Assembly: GCF_055900595.2 (NCBI RefSeq)
Contig: NZ_CM148325.1
Length of the DNA stretch: 64,000 nucleotides
Direction: 5' to 3' (one strand)
In this document: one piece after another, positions 18,604-28,526 of the stretch
Numbering within the stretch: position 1 is the stretch's first letter
How the letters are laid out: every line of letters starts with the position of its first letter
The notes under the pieces: model-generated
The model's input: the letters and a program-made list of their open reading frames with translations, nothing else
Database searches by the model: none
What the model was told of the DNA's origin: nothing
Translations under genes and position numbers: made by a program

Positions 18604-19368
18604 TCACCCCTGCTTCATCTCCAGCGGCACCGCCGAGCGAATCAAATGGTGGCCTTCCAGCTCGATATCGTGGAGATTCTTTTTCACGGTCCGCACATGA
18701 TCGCGTGCTGCGCGCTGGGCGACGTGCGGCAGCCGCTGCAACACCGCGTTGTAGATCCGCGCATGCTGGCGATCGATCTGCTTTTTTTGCTGTGGTCGAT
18801 GGTAGAGATTATTTACGCTGGCAAACACTGAATTAAACATCAGATCGGTCAATGATTGCAGCGTAAACACCAACACCTGATTGTGAGAAGCCTGACAAAT
18901 GGCGAGATGGAAAGCGTGATCCAACTGCGCATGTTCGATCAGCGAAATCTCTTTGTTGTTCTCACTGGCGGCGAGCATTTTTTCATAACAGCGGGTTATC
19001 ACAACAAAATCAGCCTGGGTTCCCAGCGTTGCCGCAAGCCTTGCCGATTCCCCCTCCAGCAATGCGCGAACGTCGAGCAGATCGTACAGCGTTCGCGGCT
19101 GCGTGCTGAACAGATGAATTAGCGGGCTGGTATCCTGCACCCGATTAAGCCGTGCGACACGAGAATCGCGACCCTGCGCTGTTTCAATAATCCCGCGCCC
19201 GCGCAGCACGGTCAGCCCTTCACGCAGTGCGGAGCGTGAGAAGCCGAGCTTTTCACACAGTCGACGTTCCGAGGGAAGCGGCTGACCGACCTTCAGTACG
19301 CCGTCGATAATTAACCGTTCGATACTCTCTGCAACCACTTCGCAAATAGGGCGACGTTCATCTTTCAT
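18604..19368 (-). CDS. glcC: GntR-family transcriptional activator of the glycolate operon
   Basis: Start placed at internal Met (MKDERRPICEVVAES..., ATG complement 19366-19368) giving 254 aa; N-terminal wHTH (GntR) and C-terminal FCD-like domain; divergent from glcD. Confidence 0.9.
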   Translation of the reverse strand: MKDERRPICEVVAESIERLIIDGVLKVGQPLPSERRLCEKLGFSRSALREGLTVLRGRGIIETAQGRDSRVARLNRVQDTSPLIHLFSTQPRTLYDLLDVRALLEGESARLAATLGTQADFVVITRCYEKMLAASENNKEISLIEHAQLDHAFHLAICQASHNQVLVFTLQSLTDLMFNSVFASVNNLYHRPQQKKQIDRQHARIYNAVLQRLPHVAQRAARDHVRTVKKNLHDIELEGHHLIRSAVPLEMKQG

Positions 19369-19618
19369 TCCCGGACCTCGTGCACAGGTAGGACCAATTT
19401 TTCTGTTCTTAACTCGCAAAACACGCACATCACGTAAGTGATTATGTTACATCAATTTAACATTAAGTTAACCAAGGCAAGGTCACAGAGCTGGAAAAAA
19501 AATGGTCTGACCGGTAGCTAAAGAGATAGACGAAAACGAAAAGCCCGCTTAATAACTGTTCACAGAAGCAGCGCGCAAAAATCAGCTGCCACACAACACA
19601 ACAAAGCGAAGCCTACTC
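19369..19618. promoter_or_regulatory. Divergent glcC / glcDEFGBA promoter-operator region
   Basis: 250-bp intergenic region between divergently oriented glcC and glcD; promoter elements not individually mapped here. Confidence 0.5.
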
Positions 19619-21118
19619 ATGAGCATCTTGTACGAAGAGCGTCTTGATGGCGCTTTACCCGATGTCGACCGCACATCGGTACTGATGGCACTGCGTGAGC
19701 ATGTCCCTGGACTTGAGATCCTGCATACCGATGAGGAGATCATTCCTTACGAGTGTGACGGGTTGAGCGCGTATCGCACGCGTCCATTACTGGTTGTTCT
19801 GCCTAAGCAAATGGAACAGGTGACAGCGATTCTGGCTGTTTGTCACCGCCTGCGTGTATCGGTGGTGACCCGTGGTGCAGGCACCGGGCTTTCTGGTGGC
19901 GCGCTGCCGCTGGAAAAAGGTGTGTTGTTGGTGATGGCGCGCTTTAAAGAGATCCTCGACATTAACCCCATTGGTCGCCGCGCGCGCGTGCAGCCGGGCG
20001 TGCGTAACCTGGCGATCTCCCAGGCCGTTGCGTCGCATAATCTCTATTACGCTCCGGATCCTTCCTCACAAATCGCCTGTTCGATTGGCGGCAACGTGGC
20101 GGAAAATGCCGGTGGCGTTCACTGCCTGAAATATGGTCTGACCGTACATAACCTGCTGAAAATTGAAGTGCAAACGCTGGACGGCGAGGCGCTGACGCTG
20201 GGATCGGATGCGCTGGATTCGCCTGGTTTTGACCTGCTGGCGCTGTTCACCGGATCGGAAGGTATGCTCGGCGTGACCACCGAAGTGACGGTAAAACTGC
20301 TGCCGAAGCCGCCCGTGGCGCGGGTTCTGTTAGCCAGCTTTGACTCGGTAGAAAAAGCCGGACTTGCGGTTGGTGACATCATCGCCAATGGCATTATCCC
20401 CGGCGGGCTGGAGATGATGGATAACCTGTCGATCCGCGCAGCGGAAGATTTTATACATGCCGGTTATCCCGTCGACGCCGAAGCGATTTTGTTATGCGAG
20501 CTGGACGGCGTGGAGTCTGACGTACAGGAAGACTGCGAGCGGGTTAACGACATCTTGTTGAAAGCGGGCGCGACTGACGTCCGGCTGGCACAGGACGAAG
20601 CAGAGCGCGTACGTTTCTGGGCCGGTCGCAAAAATGCGTTCCCTGCGGTAGGACGAATCTCCCCGGATTACTACTGCATGGATGGCACCATCCCGCGCCG
20701 TGCCCTGCCTGGCGTACTGGAAGGCATTGCCCGTTTATCGCAGCAATATGATTTACGTGTTGCTAACGTCTTTCATGCCGGAGACGGCAACATGCACCCG
20801 TTAATCCTTTTCGATGCCAACGAACCCGGTGAATTTGCCCGCGCGGAAGAGCTGGGCGGGAAGATCCTCGAACTCTGCGTTGAAGTTGGCGGCAGCATCA
20901 GTGGGGAACATGGCATCGGGCGCGAAAAAATCAATCAAATGTGCGCCCAGTTCAACAGCGATGAAATCACGACCTTCCATGCGGTCAAGGCGGCGTTTGA
21001 TCCCGATGGTTTGCTGAACCCTGGGAAAAACATTCCCACGCTACACCGCTGTGCTGAATTTGGTGCCATGCATGTGCATCACGGTCATTTACCTTTCCCT
21101 GAACTGGAGCGTTTCTGA
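19619..21118 (+). CDS. glcD: Glycolate oxidase FAD-binding subunit
   Basis: 499 aa; FAD-binding PCMH-type domain (GAGTGLSGGA), FAD-linked oxidase C-terminal domain; first gene of glc operon. Confidence 0.95.
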   Translation: MSILYEERLDGALPDVDRTSVLMALREHVPGLEILHTDEEIIPYECDGLSAYRTRPLLVVLPKQMEQVTAILAVCHRLRVSVVTRGAGTGLSGGALPLEKGVLLVMARFKEILDINPIGRRARVQPGVRNLAISQAVASHNLYYAPDPSSQIACSIGGNVAENAGGVHCLKYGLTVHNLLKIEVQTLDGEALTLGSDALDSPGFDLLALFTGSEGMLGVTTEVTVKLLPKPPVARVLLASFDSVEKAGLAVGDIIANGIIPGGLEMMDNLSIRAAEDFIHAGYPVDAEAILLCELDGVESDVQEDCERVNDILLKAGATDVRLAQDEAERVRFWAGRKNAFPAVGRISPDYYCMDGTIPRRALPGVLEGIARLSQQYDLRVANVFHAGDGNMHPLILFDANEPGEFARAEELGGKILELCVEVGGSISGEHGIGREKINQMCAQFNSDEITTFHAVKAAFDPDGLLNPGKNIPTLHRCAEFGAMHVHHGHLPFPELERF

Positions 21119-22170
21119 TGCTACGCGAGTGTGATTACAGCCAGGCGCTGCTGGAGCAGGTGAATCAGGCGATTAGCGATAAAACGCCGCTGGTGATTCA
21201 GGGCAGCAATAGCAAAGCCTTTTTAGGTCGTCCTGTCACCGGGCAAACGCTGGATGTGCGTTGTCATCGCGGCATTGTTAATTACGACCCGACCGAGCTG
21301 GTGATAACCGCTCGTGTCGGAACGCCGCTGGTGGCGATTGAAGCGGCGCTGGAGAGCGCCGGGCAAATGCTCCCCTGCGAGCCGCCACATTATGGTGAAG
21401 AAGCCACCTGGGGCGGGATGGTCGCCTGCGGGCTGGCGGGGCCGCGTCGCCCGTGGAGCGGTTCGGTCCGCGATTTTGTCCTCGGCACGCGCATCATTAC
21501 CGGCACTGGAAAACATCTGCGTTTTGGTGGCGAAGTGATGAAAAACGTTGCCGGATACGATCTCTCACGGTTAATGGCCGGAAGCTACGGTTGTCTGGGT
21601 GTGCTCACTGAAATCTCGATGAAAGTGTTACCGCGACCACGCGCCACCCTGAGTCTGCGTCGGGAAATCAGCCTGCAAGAAGCCATGAATGAAATCGCCC
21701 AGTGGCAACTCCAGCCATTACCCATTAGTGGCTTATGTTACTTCGACAATGCGTTGTGGATCCGCCTTGAGGGCGGCGAAGGATCGGTAAAAGCAGCGCG
21801 TGAACTGCTGGGGGGCGAAGAGGTTGCGGGTCAGTTCTGGCAGCAATTGCGTGAACAACAACTGCCGTTCTTCTCGTTACCAGGTACCTTATGGCGCATT
21901 TCCTTACCCAGCGATGCGCCGATGATAGATTTACCCGGCGAGCAACTGATCGACTGGGGCGGGGCGCTACGCTGGCTGAAATCGACAGCCGATGACAATC
22001 AAATCCATCGCATCGCCCGCAACGCTGGCGGTCATGCGACCCGCTTTAGTGCCGGAGATGGTGGTTTTGCCCCGCTACCGGCTCCTTTATTCCGCTATCA
22101 CCAGCAGCTTAAACAGCAGCTCGACCCTTGCGGCGTGTTTAATCCCGGTCGCATGTACGCGGAGCTTTAA
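21118..22170 (+). CDS. glcE: Glycolate oxidase FAD-binding subunit
   Basis: 350 aa; start ATG overlaps glcD stop (TGATG at 21116-21120). Confidence 0.9.
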   Translation: MLRECDYSQALLEQVNQAISDKTPLVIQGSNSKAFLGRPVTGQTLDVRCHRGIVNYDPTELVITARVGTPLVAIEAALESAGQMLPCEPPHYGEEATWGGMVACGLAGPRRPWSGSVRDFVLGTRIITGTGKHLRFGGEVMKNVAGYDLSRLMAGSYGCLGVLTEISMKVLPRPRATLSLRREISLQEAMNEIAQWQLQPLPISGLCYFDNALWIRLEGGEGSVKAARELLGGEEVAGQFWQQLREQQLPFFSLPGTLWRISLPSDAPMIDLPGEQLIDWGGALRWLKSTADDNQIHRIARNAGGHATRFSAGDGGFAPLPAPLFRYHQQLKQQLDPCGVFNPGRMYAEL

Positions 22171-22180
22171 GGAGCAGGCT

Positions 22181-23404
22181 ATGCAAACCCAATTAACCGA
22201 AGAGATGCGGCAGAACGCGCGGGCGCTGGAAGCCGACAGCATCCTGCGCGCCTGTGTTCACTGCGGATTTTGTACCGCAACCTGCCCAACCTATCAGCTC
22301 CTGGGCGATGAACTGGACGGGCCGCGCGGGCGCATCTATCTGATTAAACAGGTGCTGGAAGGCAACGAAGTCACGCTTAAAACACAGGAGCATCTCGATC
22401 GCTGTCTCACTTGCCGCAATTGTGAAACCACCTGTCCTTCTGGTGTGCGCTATCACAATTTGCTCGATATCGGGCGTGATATTGTCGAGCAGAAAGTGAA
22501 ACGCCCACTGCCGGAGCGAATGCTGCGCGAAGGATTGCGCCAGGTAGTGCCGCGTCCGGCGGTGTTTCGTGCGCTGACGCAGGTAGGGCTGGTGCTGCGA
22601 CCGTTTTTACCGGAGCAGGTCAGAGCAAAATTGCCAGCCGAAACGGTGAAAGCTAAACCGCGTCCGCCGCTGCGCCATAAGCGTCGGGTTTTAATGCTGG
22701 AAGGCTGCGCCCAGCCTACGCTTTCGCCCAACACCAACGCGGCAACTGCGCGAGTGTTGGATCGTCTGGGGATCAGCGTGACGCCAGCTAACGAAGCAGG
22801 CTGTTGTGGCGCGGTGGACTATCATCTTAATGCGCAAGAGAAAGGGCTGGCGCGGGCGCGCAATAATATTGATGCCTGGTGGCCCGCGATTGAAGCAGGT
22901 GCCGAGGCAATTTTGCAAACCGCCAGCGGTTGCGGCGCGTTCGTTAAAGAGTATGGGCAGATGCTGAAAAACGATGCGTTGTATGCCGATAAAGCGCGTC
23001 AGGTCAGTGAACTGGCGGTCGATTTAGTCGAACTTCTGCGCAAGGAACCGCTGGAAAAACTGGCAATTCGCGGCGATAAAAAACTGGCCTTCCACTGCCC
23101 GTGTACCCTGCAACATGCGCAAAAGCTGAACGGCGAAGTGGAAAAAGTGTTACTTCGTCTTGGATTTACCTTAACGGACGTTCCCGACAGCCATCTGTGC
23201 TGCGGTTCAGCGGGAACATATGCGTTAACGCATCCCGATCTGGCACGCCAGCTGCGGGATAACAAAATGAATGCGCTGGAAAGCGGCAAACCGGAAATGA
23301 TCGTCACCGCCAACATTGGTTGCCAGACGCATCTGGCGAGCGCCGGTCGTACCTCTGTGCGTCACTGGATTGAAATTGTAGAACAAGCCCTTGAAAAGGA
23401 ATAA
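22181..23404 (+). CDS. glcF: Glycolate oxidase iron-sulfur subunit
   Basis: Start at ATG 22181 (MQTQLTEE...), 10 bp after the glcE stop, rather than the track's 21992 which overlaps glcE; two 4Fe-4S motifs CVHCGFCTATCP and CLTCRNCETTCP plus C-terminal CCG-type cysteine clusters. Confidence 0.9.
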   Translation: MQTQLTEEMRQNARALEADSILRACVHCGFCTATCPTYQLLGDELDGPRGRIYLIKQVLEGNEVTLKTQEHLDRCLTCRNCETTCPSGVRYHNLLDIGRDIVEQKVKRPLPERMLREGLRQVVPRPAVFRALTQVGLVLRPFLPEQVRAKLPAETVKAKPRPPLRHKRRVLMLEGCAQPTLSPNTNAATARVLDRLGISVTPANEAGCCGAVDYHLNAQEKGLARARNNIDAWWPAIEAGAEAILQTASGCGAFVKEYGQMLKNDALYADKARQVSELAVDLVELLRKEPLEKLAIRGDKKLAFHCPCTLQHAQKLNGEVEKVLLRLGFTLTDVPDSHLCCGSAGTYALTHPDLARQLRDNKMNALESGKPEMIVTANIGCQTHLASAGRTSVRHWIEIVEQALEKE

Positions 23405-23408
23405 CAAA

Positions 23409-23813
23409 ATGAAAACTAAAGTCATTCTTAGCCAGCAAATGGCGAGTGCAATTATTGCCGCAGGTCAGGAAGAGGCGCAGAAAAATAACTGGTCTGTTTC
23501 CATTGCTGTTGCCGATGACGGCGGTCATCTGCTGGCGTTAAGTCGCATGGACGATTGCGCGCCGATTGCGGCTTACATCTCCCAGGAGAAAGCGCGTACC
23601 GCCGCGCTGGGGCGTCGTGAAACTAAGGGCTATGAAGAGATGGTGAACAACGGACGTACCGCGTTCGTGACTGCGCCGTTACTGACGTCGCTGGAAGGCG
23701 GCGTACCGGTTGTTGTTGATGGGCAAATTATTGGTGCCGTGGGCGTTTCTGGTTTAACCGGAGCACAGGATGCGCAGGTCGCGAAAGCGGCAGCAGCGGT
23801 GTTGGCGAAATAA
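23409..23813 (+). CDS. glcG: GlcG (heme-binding-like protein of glc operon)
   Basis: 134 aa from ATG 23409 (MKTKVILSQQ...); position between glcF and glcB. Confidence 0.85.
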   Translation: MKTKVILSQQMASAIIAAGQEEAQKNNWSVSIAVADDGGHLLALSRMDDCAPIAAYISQEKARTAALGRRETKGYEEMVNNGRTAFVTAPLLTSLEGGVPVVVDGQIIGAVGVSGLTGAQDAQVAKAAAAVLAK

Positions 23814-23834
23814 GCGAAAACGAGGAGATAAATA

Positions 23835-26006
23835 ATGAGTGAAACCATAACCCAGGGCCGTTTACGCATTGACGCCAATTTTAAACGTTTCGTGGATGAA
23901 GAAGTTTTGCCGGGCGTGGAACTGGATGCTGCCGCGTTCTGGCGCAATGTTGATGAGATCGTTCACGATCTGGCACCAGAAAATCGTCAGTTGCTGGCAG
24001 AACGCGATCGCATTCAGGCGGCGCTTGATGAGTGGCATCGCAGCAATCCGGGGCCGGTTAAAGATAAAGCGGCCTATAAATCTTTCCTGCGTGAACTGGG
24101 CTACCTGGTGCCACAACCGGAGCGCGTGACGGTGGAAACCACGGGCATTGACAGCGAAATCACCAGCCAGGCGGGGCCACAGCTGGTGGTTCCGGCAATG
24201 AACGCCCGCTACGCGCTGAACGCGGCGAACGCTCGCTGGGGCTCACTGTACGATGCGTTATACGGCAGCGACATCATCCCGCAGGAAGGGGCGATGGTCA
24301 GCGGCTACGATCCGCAGCGCGGTGAGCAGGTTATCGCCTGGGTTCGGCGTTTCCTCGATGAATCACTACCGCTGGAAAACGGCAGCTATCAGGATGTGGT
24401 GGCGTTTAAGGTGGTTGATAAACATTTACGCATCCAGTTGAAAAATGGTAAAGAAACCACGTTACGCACCCCGGCGCAGTTTGTCGGTTACCGTGGCAAT
24501 GCCGCTGCGCCGTCCTGCATTTTGCTGAAAAATAACGGCCTGCATATTGAGCTGCAAATCGATGCCAACGGGCGGATTGGCAAAGACGATCCGGCGCATA
24601 TCAACGATGTTATCGTCGAAGCGGCCATCAGTACCATTCTCGACTGCGAAGATTCGGTCGCGGCGGTTGATGCGGAAGATAAAATCCTGCTGTACCGCAA
24701 CCTGCTGGGCCTGATGCAGGGGACTCTGCAAGAGAAAATGGAAAAAAACGGTCGGCAAATCGTGCGTAAACTGAATGACGATCGTCAGTACACCGCCGCC
24801 GATGGCTCTGAAATTTCCCTGCACGGACGCTCGTTGCTGTTTATCCGCAACGTGGGGCATTTGATGACCATTCCTGTGATTTGGGACAGCGAAGGCAATG
24901 AAATCCCGGAAGGCATTCTTGATGGCGTCATGACTGGCGCGATTGCCCTCTATGATTTAAAAGTGCAGAAAAACTCGCGCACTGGCAGCGTCTATATTGT
25001 GAAACCGAAAATGCACGGTCCGCAGGAAGTGGCGTTCGCCAACAAACTGTTTACCCGCATTGAGACAATGCTCGGTATGGCACCGAATACCCTGAAAATG
25101 GGCATTATGGATGAAGAACGCCGGACCTCGCTGAACTTGCGTAGCTGTATCGCTCAGGCGCGTAACCGCGTGGCGTTCATCAATACCGGTTTCCTCGACC
25201 GTACCGGCGATGAAATGCATTCGGTGATGGAAGCTGGCCCGATGCTGCGTAAAAATCAGATGAAATCGACGCCGTGGATCAAAGCCTACGAGCGTAATAA
25301 CGTGCTTTCCGGTCTGTTCTGTGGGCTGCGCGGTAAAGCGCAAATTGGTAAAGGCATGTGGGCAATGCCGGACCTGATGGCAGACATGTACAGCCAGAAG
25401 GGCGACCAACTGCGTGCCGGGGCAAACACAGCCTGGGTTCCGTCACCAACCGCTGCTACGCTCCATGCGCTGCACTACCACCAAACCAACGTACAGAGCG
25501 TGCAGGCCAACATTGCCCAGAGCGAGTTCAATGCTGAATTTGAACCGTTGCTGGACGATCTGCTGACTATTCCGGTGGCTGAAAACGCTAACTGGTCGGT
25601 GGAAGAGATCCAACAAGAGCTGGATAACAACGTGCAGGGGATTCTGGGGTACGTGGTGCGTTGGGTGGAGCAGGGGATTGGTTGTTCAAAAGTGCCGGAT
25701 ATTCATAACGTGGCGCTGATGGAAGACCGCGCAACGCTGCGCATCTCCAGCCAGCATATCGCCAACTGGTTACGTCACGGTATTCTGACCAAAGAACAGG
25801 TGCAGGCGTCGCTGGAGAATATGGCGAAAGTGGTTGATCAGCAAAACGCTGGCGATCCGGCTTATCGTCCGATGGCGGGGAATTTCGCTAACTCGTGTGC
25901 TTTTAAAGCTGCCAGCGATTTAATCTTCCTCGGCGTGAAACAGCCAAACGGCTATACCGAACCGTTATTACACGCCTGGCGTTTACGCGAAAAAGAAAGT
26001 CATTAA
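23835..26006 (+). CDS. glcB: Malate synthase G
   Basis: 723-aa product; length and N-terminus ([27 protein letters not shown]) as remembered for MSG. Confidence 0.95.
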   Translation: MSETITQGRLRIDANFKRFVDEEVLPGVELDAAAFWRNVDEIVHDLAPENRQLLAERDRIQAALDEWHRSNPGPVKDKAAYKSFLRELGYLVPQPERVTVETTGIDSEITSQAGPQLVVPAMNARYALNAANARWGSLYDALYGSDIIPQEGAMVSGYDPQRGEQVIAWVRRFLDESLPLENGSYQDVVAFKVVDKHLRIQLKNGKETTLRTPAQFVGYRGNAAAPSCILLKNNGLHIELQIDANGRIGKDDPAHINDVIVEAAISTILDCEDSVAAVDAEDKILLYRNLLGLMQGTLQEKMEKNGRQIVRKLNDDRQYTAADGSEISLHGRSLLFIRNVGHLMTIPVIWDSEGNEIPEGILDGVMTGAIALYDLKVQKNSRTGSVYIVKPKMHGPQEVAFANKLFTRIETMLGMAPNTLKMGIMDEERRTSLNLRSCIAQARNRVAFINTGFLDRTGDEMHSVMEAGPMLRKNQMKSTPWIKAYERNNVLSGLFCGLRGKAQIGKGMWAMPDLMADMYSQKGDQLRAGANTAWVPSPTAATLHALHYHQTNVQSVQANIAQSEFNAEFEPLLDDLLTIPVAENANWSVEEIQQELDNNVQGILGYVVRWVEQGIGCSKVPDIHNVALMEDRATLRISSQHIANWLRHGILTKEQVQASLENMAKVVDQQNAGDPAYRPMAGNFANSCAFKAASDLIFLGVKQPNGYTEPLLHAWRLREKESH

Positions 26007-26018
26007 TAGCGTCAAAAA

Positions 26019-26046
26019 AGCCCCGGCAAGTTTTATTGTCGGGGCT
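26019..26046 (+). terminator. Hairpin after glcB
   Basis: Imperfect inverted repeat agccccggcaa / ttgtcggggct 12 bp after the glcB stop; no strong T-tract, so could be an attenuating structure rather than a full terminator. Confidence 0.4.
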
Positions 26047-26360
26047 ATGATAGTAACTGCGGTAGTACATTTATCCCGGAAATAACCGGAGCGATTATCA
26101 GGGTTTAACAATATTAAATACCCGTAGCGCATTACTAGCGGGCCTAAAACAACAATATGGACATCTTAACGATATTCTGCGCCTGCGTGTGCGGAACAGA
26201 AACACTTACCCGATATACTTGTTATGCCAGAGGTAGCAATTGCGTTAGCAGCGTACTGTTGCTGTAAAGTATAACGCCTATATTTTACAGTTCAGTCCTC
26301 TTTTGCTTATTACAACCTTAAGTATATCAAGCATATAAAGATAATAAGAGACTGAACAAT

Positions 26361-28043
26361 ATGGTTACCTGGACCCAAATGTATATGCCGATGGGAGGAC
26401 TGGGGCTATCCGCTCTGGTCGCCCTGATCCCGATAATATTCTTCTTCGTTGCACTCGCGGTATTACGTCTGAAAGGACATGTCGCCGGAGCAATAACCCT
26501 TATATTATCTATCCTGATTGCAATATTCGCCTTTAAAATGCCGATTGATATGGCATTTGCTGCTGCGGGCTATGGCTTTATTTATGGATTATGGCCTATT
26601 GCGTGGATTATTGTCGCGGCGGTGTTCCTCTATAAATTAACCGTTGCCAGCGGTCAGTTCGATATTATCCGCAGCTCGGTTATCTCCATCACCGACGATC
26701 AGCGTTTGCAGGTGTTACTGATTGGTTTCTCCTTTGGTGCGTTGCTGGAAGGAGCGGCTGGCTTTGGTGCGCCGGTGGCGATTACCGGTGCGCTGCTGGT
26801 GGGCCTGGGCTTCAAACCGTTATACGCGGCGGGGCTGTGTCTGATTGCCAACACTGCGCCAGTGGCGTTTGGTGCGTTGGGCGTGCCGATTCTGGTCGCC
26901 GGTCAGGTAACGGGAATCGATCCGTTCCACATTGGTGCTATGGCAGGACGCCAGTTGCCGTTCCTGTCGGTACTGGTGCCGTTCTGGCTGGTAGCAATGA
27001 TGGACGGCTGGAAAGGGGTGAAAGAGACGTGGCCAGCGGCGCTGGTTGCTGGGGGAAGCTTCGCTGTCACTCAGTTCTTTACCTCTAACTATATTGGTCC
27101 GGAACTGCCGGATATTACTTCGGCGCTGGTGAGTATCGTCTCACTCGCTTTATTCCTTAAAGTCTGGCGGCCGAAAAATACCGAAACGGCAATCAGCATG
27201 GGACAATCCGCAGGTGCGATGGTGGTGAATAAACCATCTTCTGGCGGTCCCGTGCCTTCAGAATATCGTCTGGGGCAAATCATTCGTGCGTGGTCACCGT
27301 TTTTAATCTTAACGGTGCTGGTCACCATCTGGACCATGAAGCCGTTTAAAGCGTTATTTGCTCCGGGCGGCGCGTTTTATTCACTGGTGATTAATTTCCA
27401 GATCCCTCATTTGCATCAACAAGTGTTGAAAGCGGCACCCATTGTCGCCCAACCAACGCCAATGGATGCGGTGTTTAAATTCGACCCTCTCTCGGCTGGC
27501 GGCACCGCTATTTTTATTGCGGCGATTATCTCTATCTTCATCCTCGGCGTGGGCATCAAGAAAGGGATTGGCGTCTTTGCCGAAACGCTAATTAGTCTGA
27601 AGTGGCCGATATTGTCGATTGGCATGGTGCTGGCGTTCGCCTTCGTCACCAACTATTCCGGTATGTCCACCACGCTGGCGCTGGTACTGGCAGGTACAGG
27701 CGTGATGTTCCCGTTTTTCTCACCGTTTCTCGGCTGGCTGGGCGTATTCCTTACCGGCTCGGACACCTCCTCTAACGCCCTGTTTGGTTCACTGCAATCG
27801 ACCACGGCGCAGCAAATCAACGTCTCTGACACTCTGCTGGTGGCAGCAAATACCAGCGGCGGCGTAACTGGCAAGATGATCTCCCCGCAATCTATCGCCG
27901 TGGCCTGCGCCGCGACGGGCATGGTGGGCCGAGAATCTGAACTGTTCCGCTACACCGTGAAGCACAGTCTGATTTTTGCCAGCGTTATCGGCATTATCAC
28001 GCTGTTGCAGGCGTATGTGTTTACTGGGATGTTAGTCTCGTAA
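26361..28043 (+). CDS. glcA: Glycolate/lactate permease (LctP family)
   Basis: 560-aa polytopic membrane protein; last gene of glc operon. Confidence 0.9.
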   Translation: MVTWTQMYMPMGGLGLSALVALIPIIFFFVALAVLRLKGHVAGAITLILSILIAIFAFKMPIDMAFAAAGYGFIYGLWPIAWIIVAAVFLYKLTVASGQFDIIRSSVISITDDQRLQVLLIGFSFGALLEGAAGFGAPVAITGALLVGLGFKPLYAAGLCLIANTAPVAFGALGVPILVAGQVTGIDPFHIGAMAGRQLPFLSVLVPFWLVAMMDGWKGVKETWPAALVAGGSFAVTQFFTSNYIGPELPDITSALVSIVSLALFLKVWRPKNTETAISMGQSAGAMVVNKPSSGGPVPSEYRLGQIIRAWSPFLILTVLVTIWTMKPFKALFAPGGAFYSLVINFQIPHLHQQVLKAAPIVAQPTPMDAVFKFDPLSAGGTAIFIAAIISIFILGVGIKKGIGVFAETLISLKWPILSIGMVLAFAFVTNYSGMSTTLALVLAGTGVMFPFFSPFLGWLGVFLTGSDTSSNALFGSLQSTTAQQINVSDTLLVAANTSGGVTGKMISPQSIAVACAATGMVGRESELFRYTVKHSLIFASVIGIITLLQAYVFTGMLVS

Positions 28044-28052
28044 ATCAATAAT

Positions 28053-28080
28053 GCCGGATGATCGTTAATATCATCCGGCT
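28053..28080 (+). terminator. Hairpin terminator after glcA
   Basis: Inverted repeat gccggatgat ... atcatccggc 9 bp after the glcA stop. Confidence 0.5.
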
Positions 28081-28526
28081 TCATTTACATTACTCTGTCT
28101 TATTAATGGAAAATTATTTCCCGCTTTATTATCCATGTGGCAATAATGTTTCGCGTTCAGATAACATGCTAAATAATTAAGAGCGTGAGAACATCTATTA
28201 TTTATCACGCAAAACAAGTCAGTATTAATTATGTTCGCTTGATGAGCAAACACCGTTCTATCTGTTGCTTTTGCAATCTTAATCGTCAAGACTACCAACA
28301 AATTTATATAGTTACGTTGTGAAAGGTTGTTAATTTTTTGTTTATTGAAATTTCGTAAAAATAACCAGCCAGACATCGAATAGGGGTTATTCTTATAAAT
28401 TTCACCTGTTTTTCTATCAATGATGCCGTTTTCTTAAGAATGGAGGAAGTTATTAAAGAAGATAAAGCATAAAACTATTTCCCCGGTTACGAATCTTTTA
28501 ACTTTGTTTTGTCACTTGCGTTATTA

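Noticed and set aside
18594-19122. Plus-strand ORFs (80, 61 and 88 aa) overlapping glcC
   Set aside because: Antisense to glcC; Ala/Arg-rich translation typical of GC-rich antisense frames.
21992-22180. Extended N-terminus for glcF overlapping the end of glcE
   Set aside because: The conserved GlcF start (MQTQLTEE) is at ATG 22181, just after the glcE stop; the upstream in-frame extension is read-through of the glcE 3' region in another frame.
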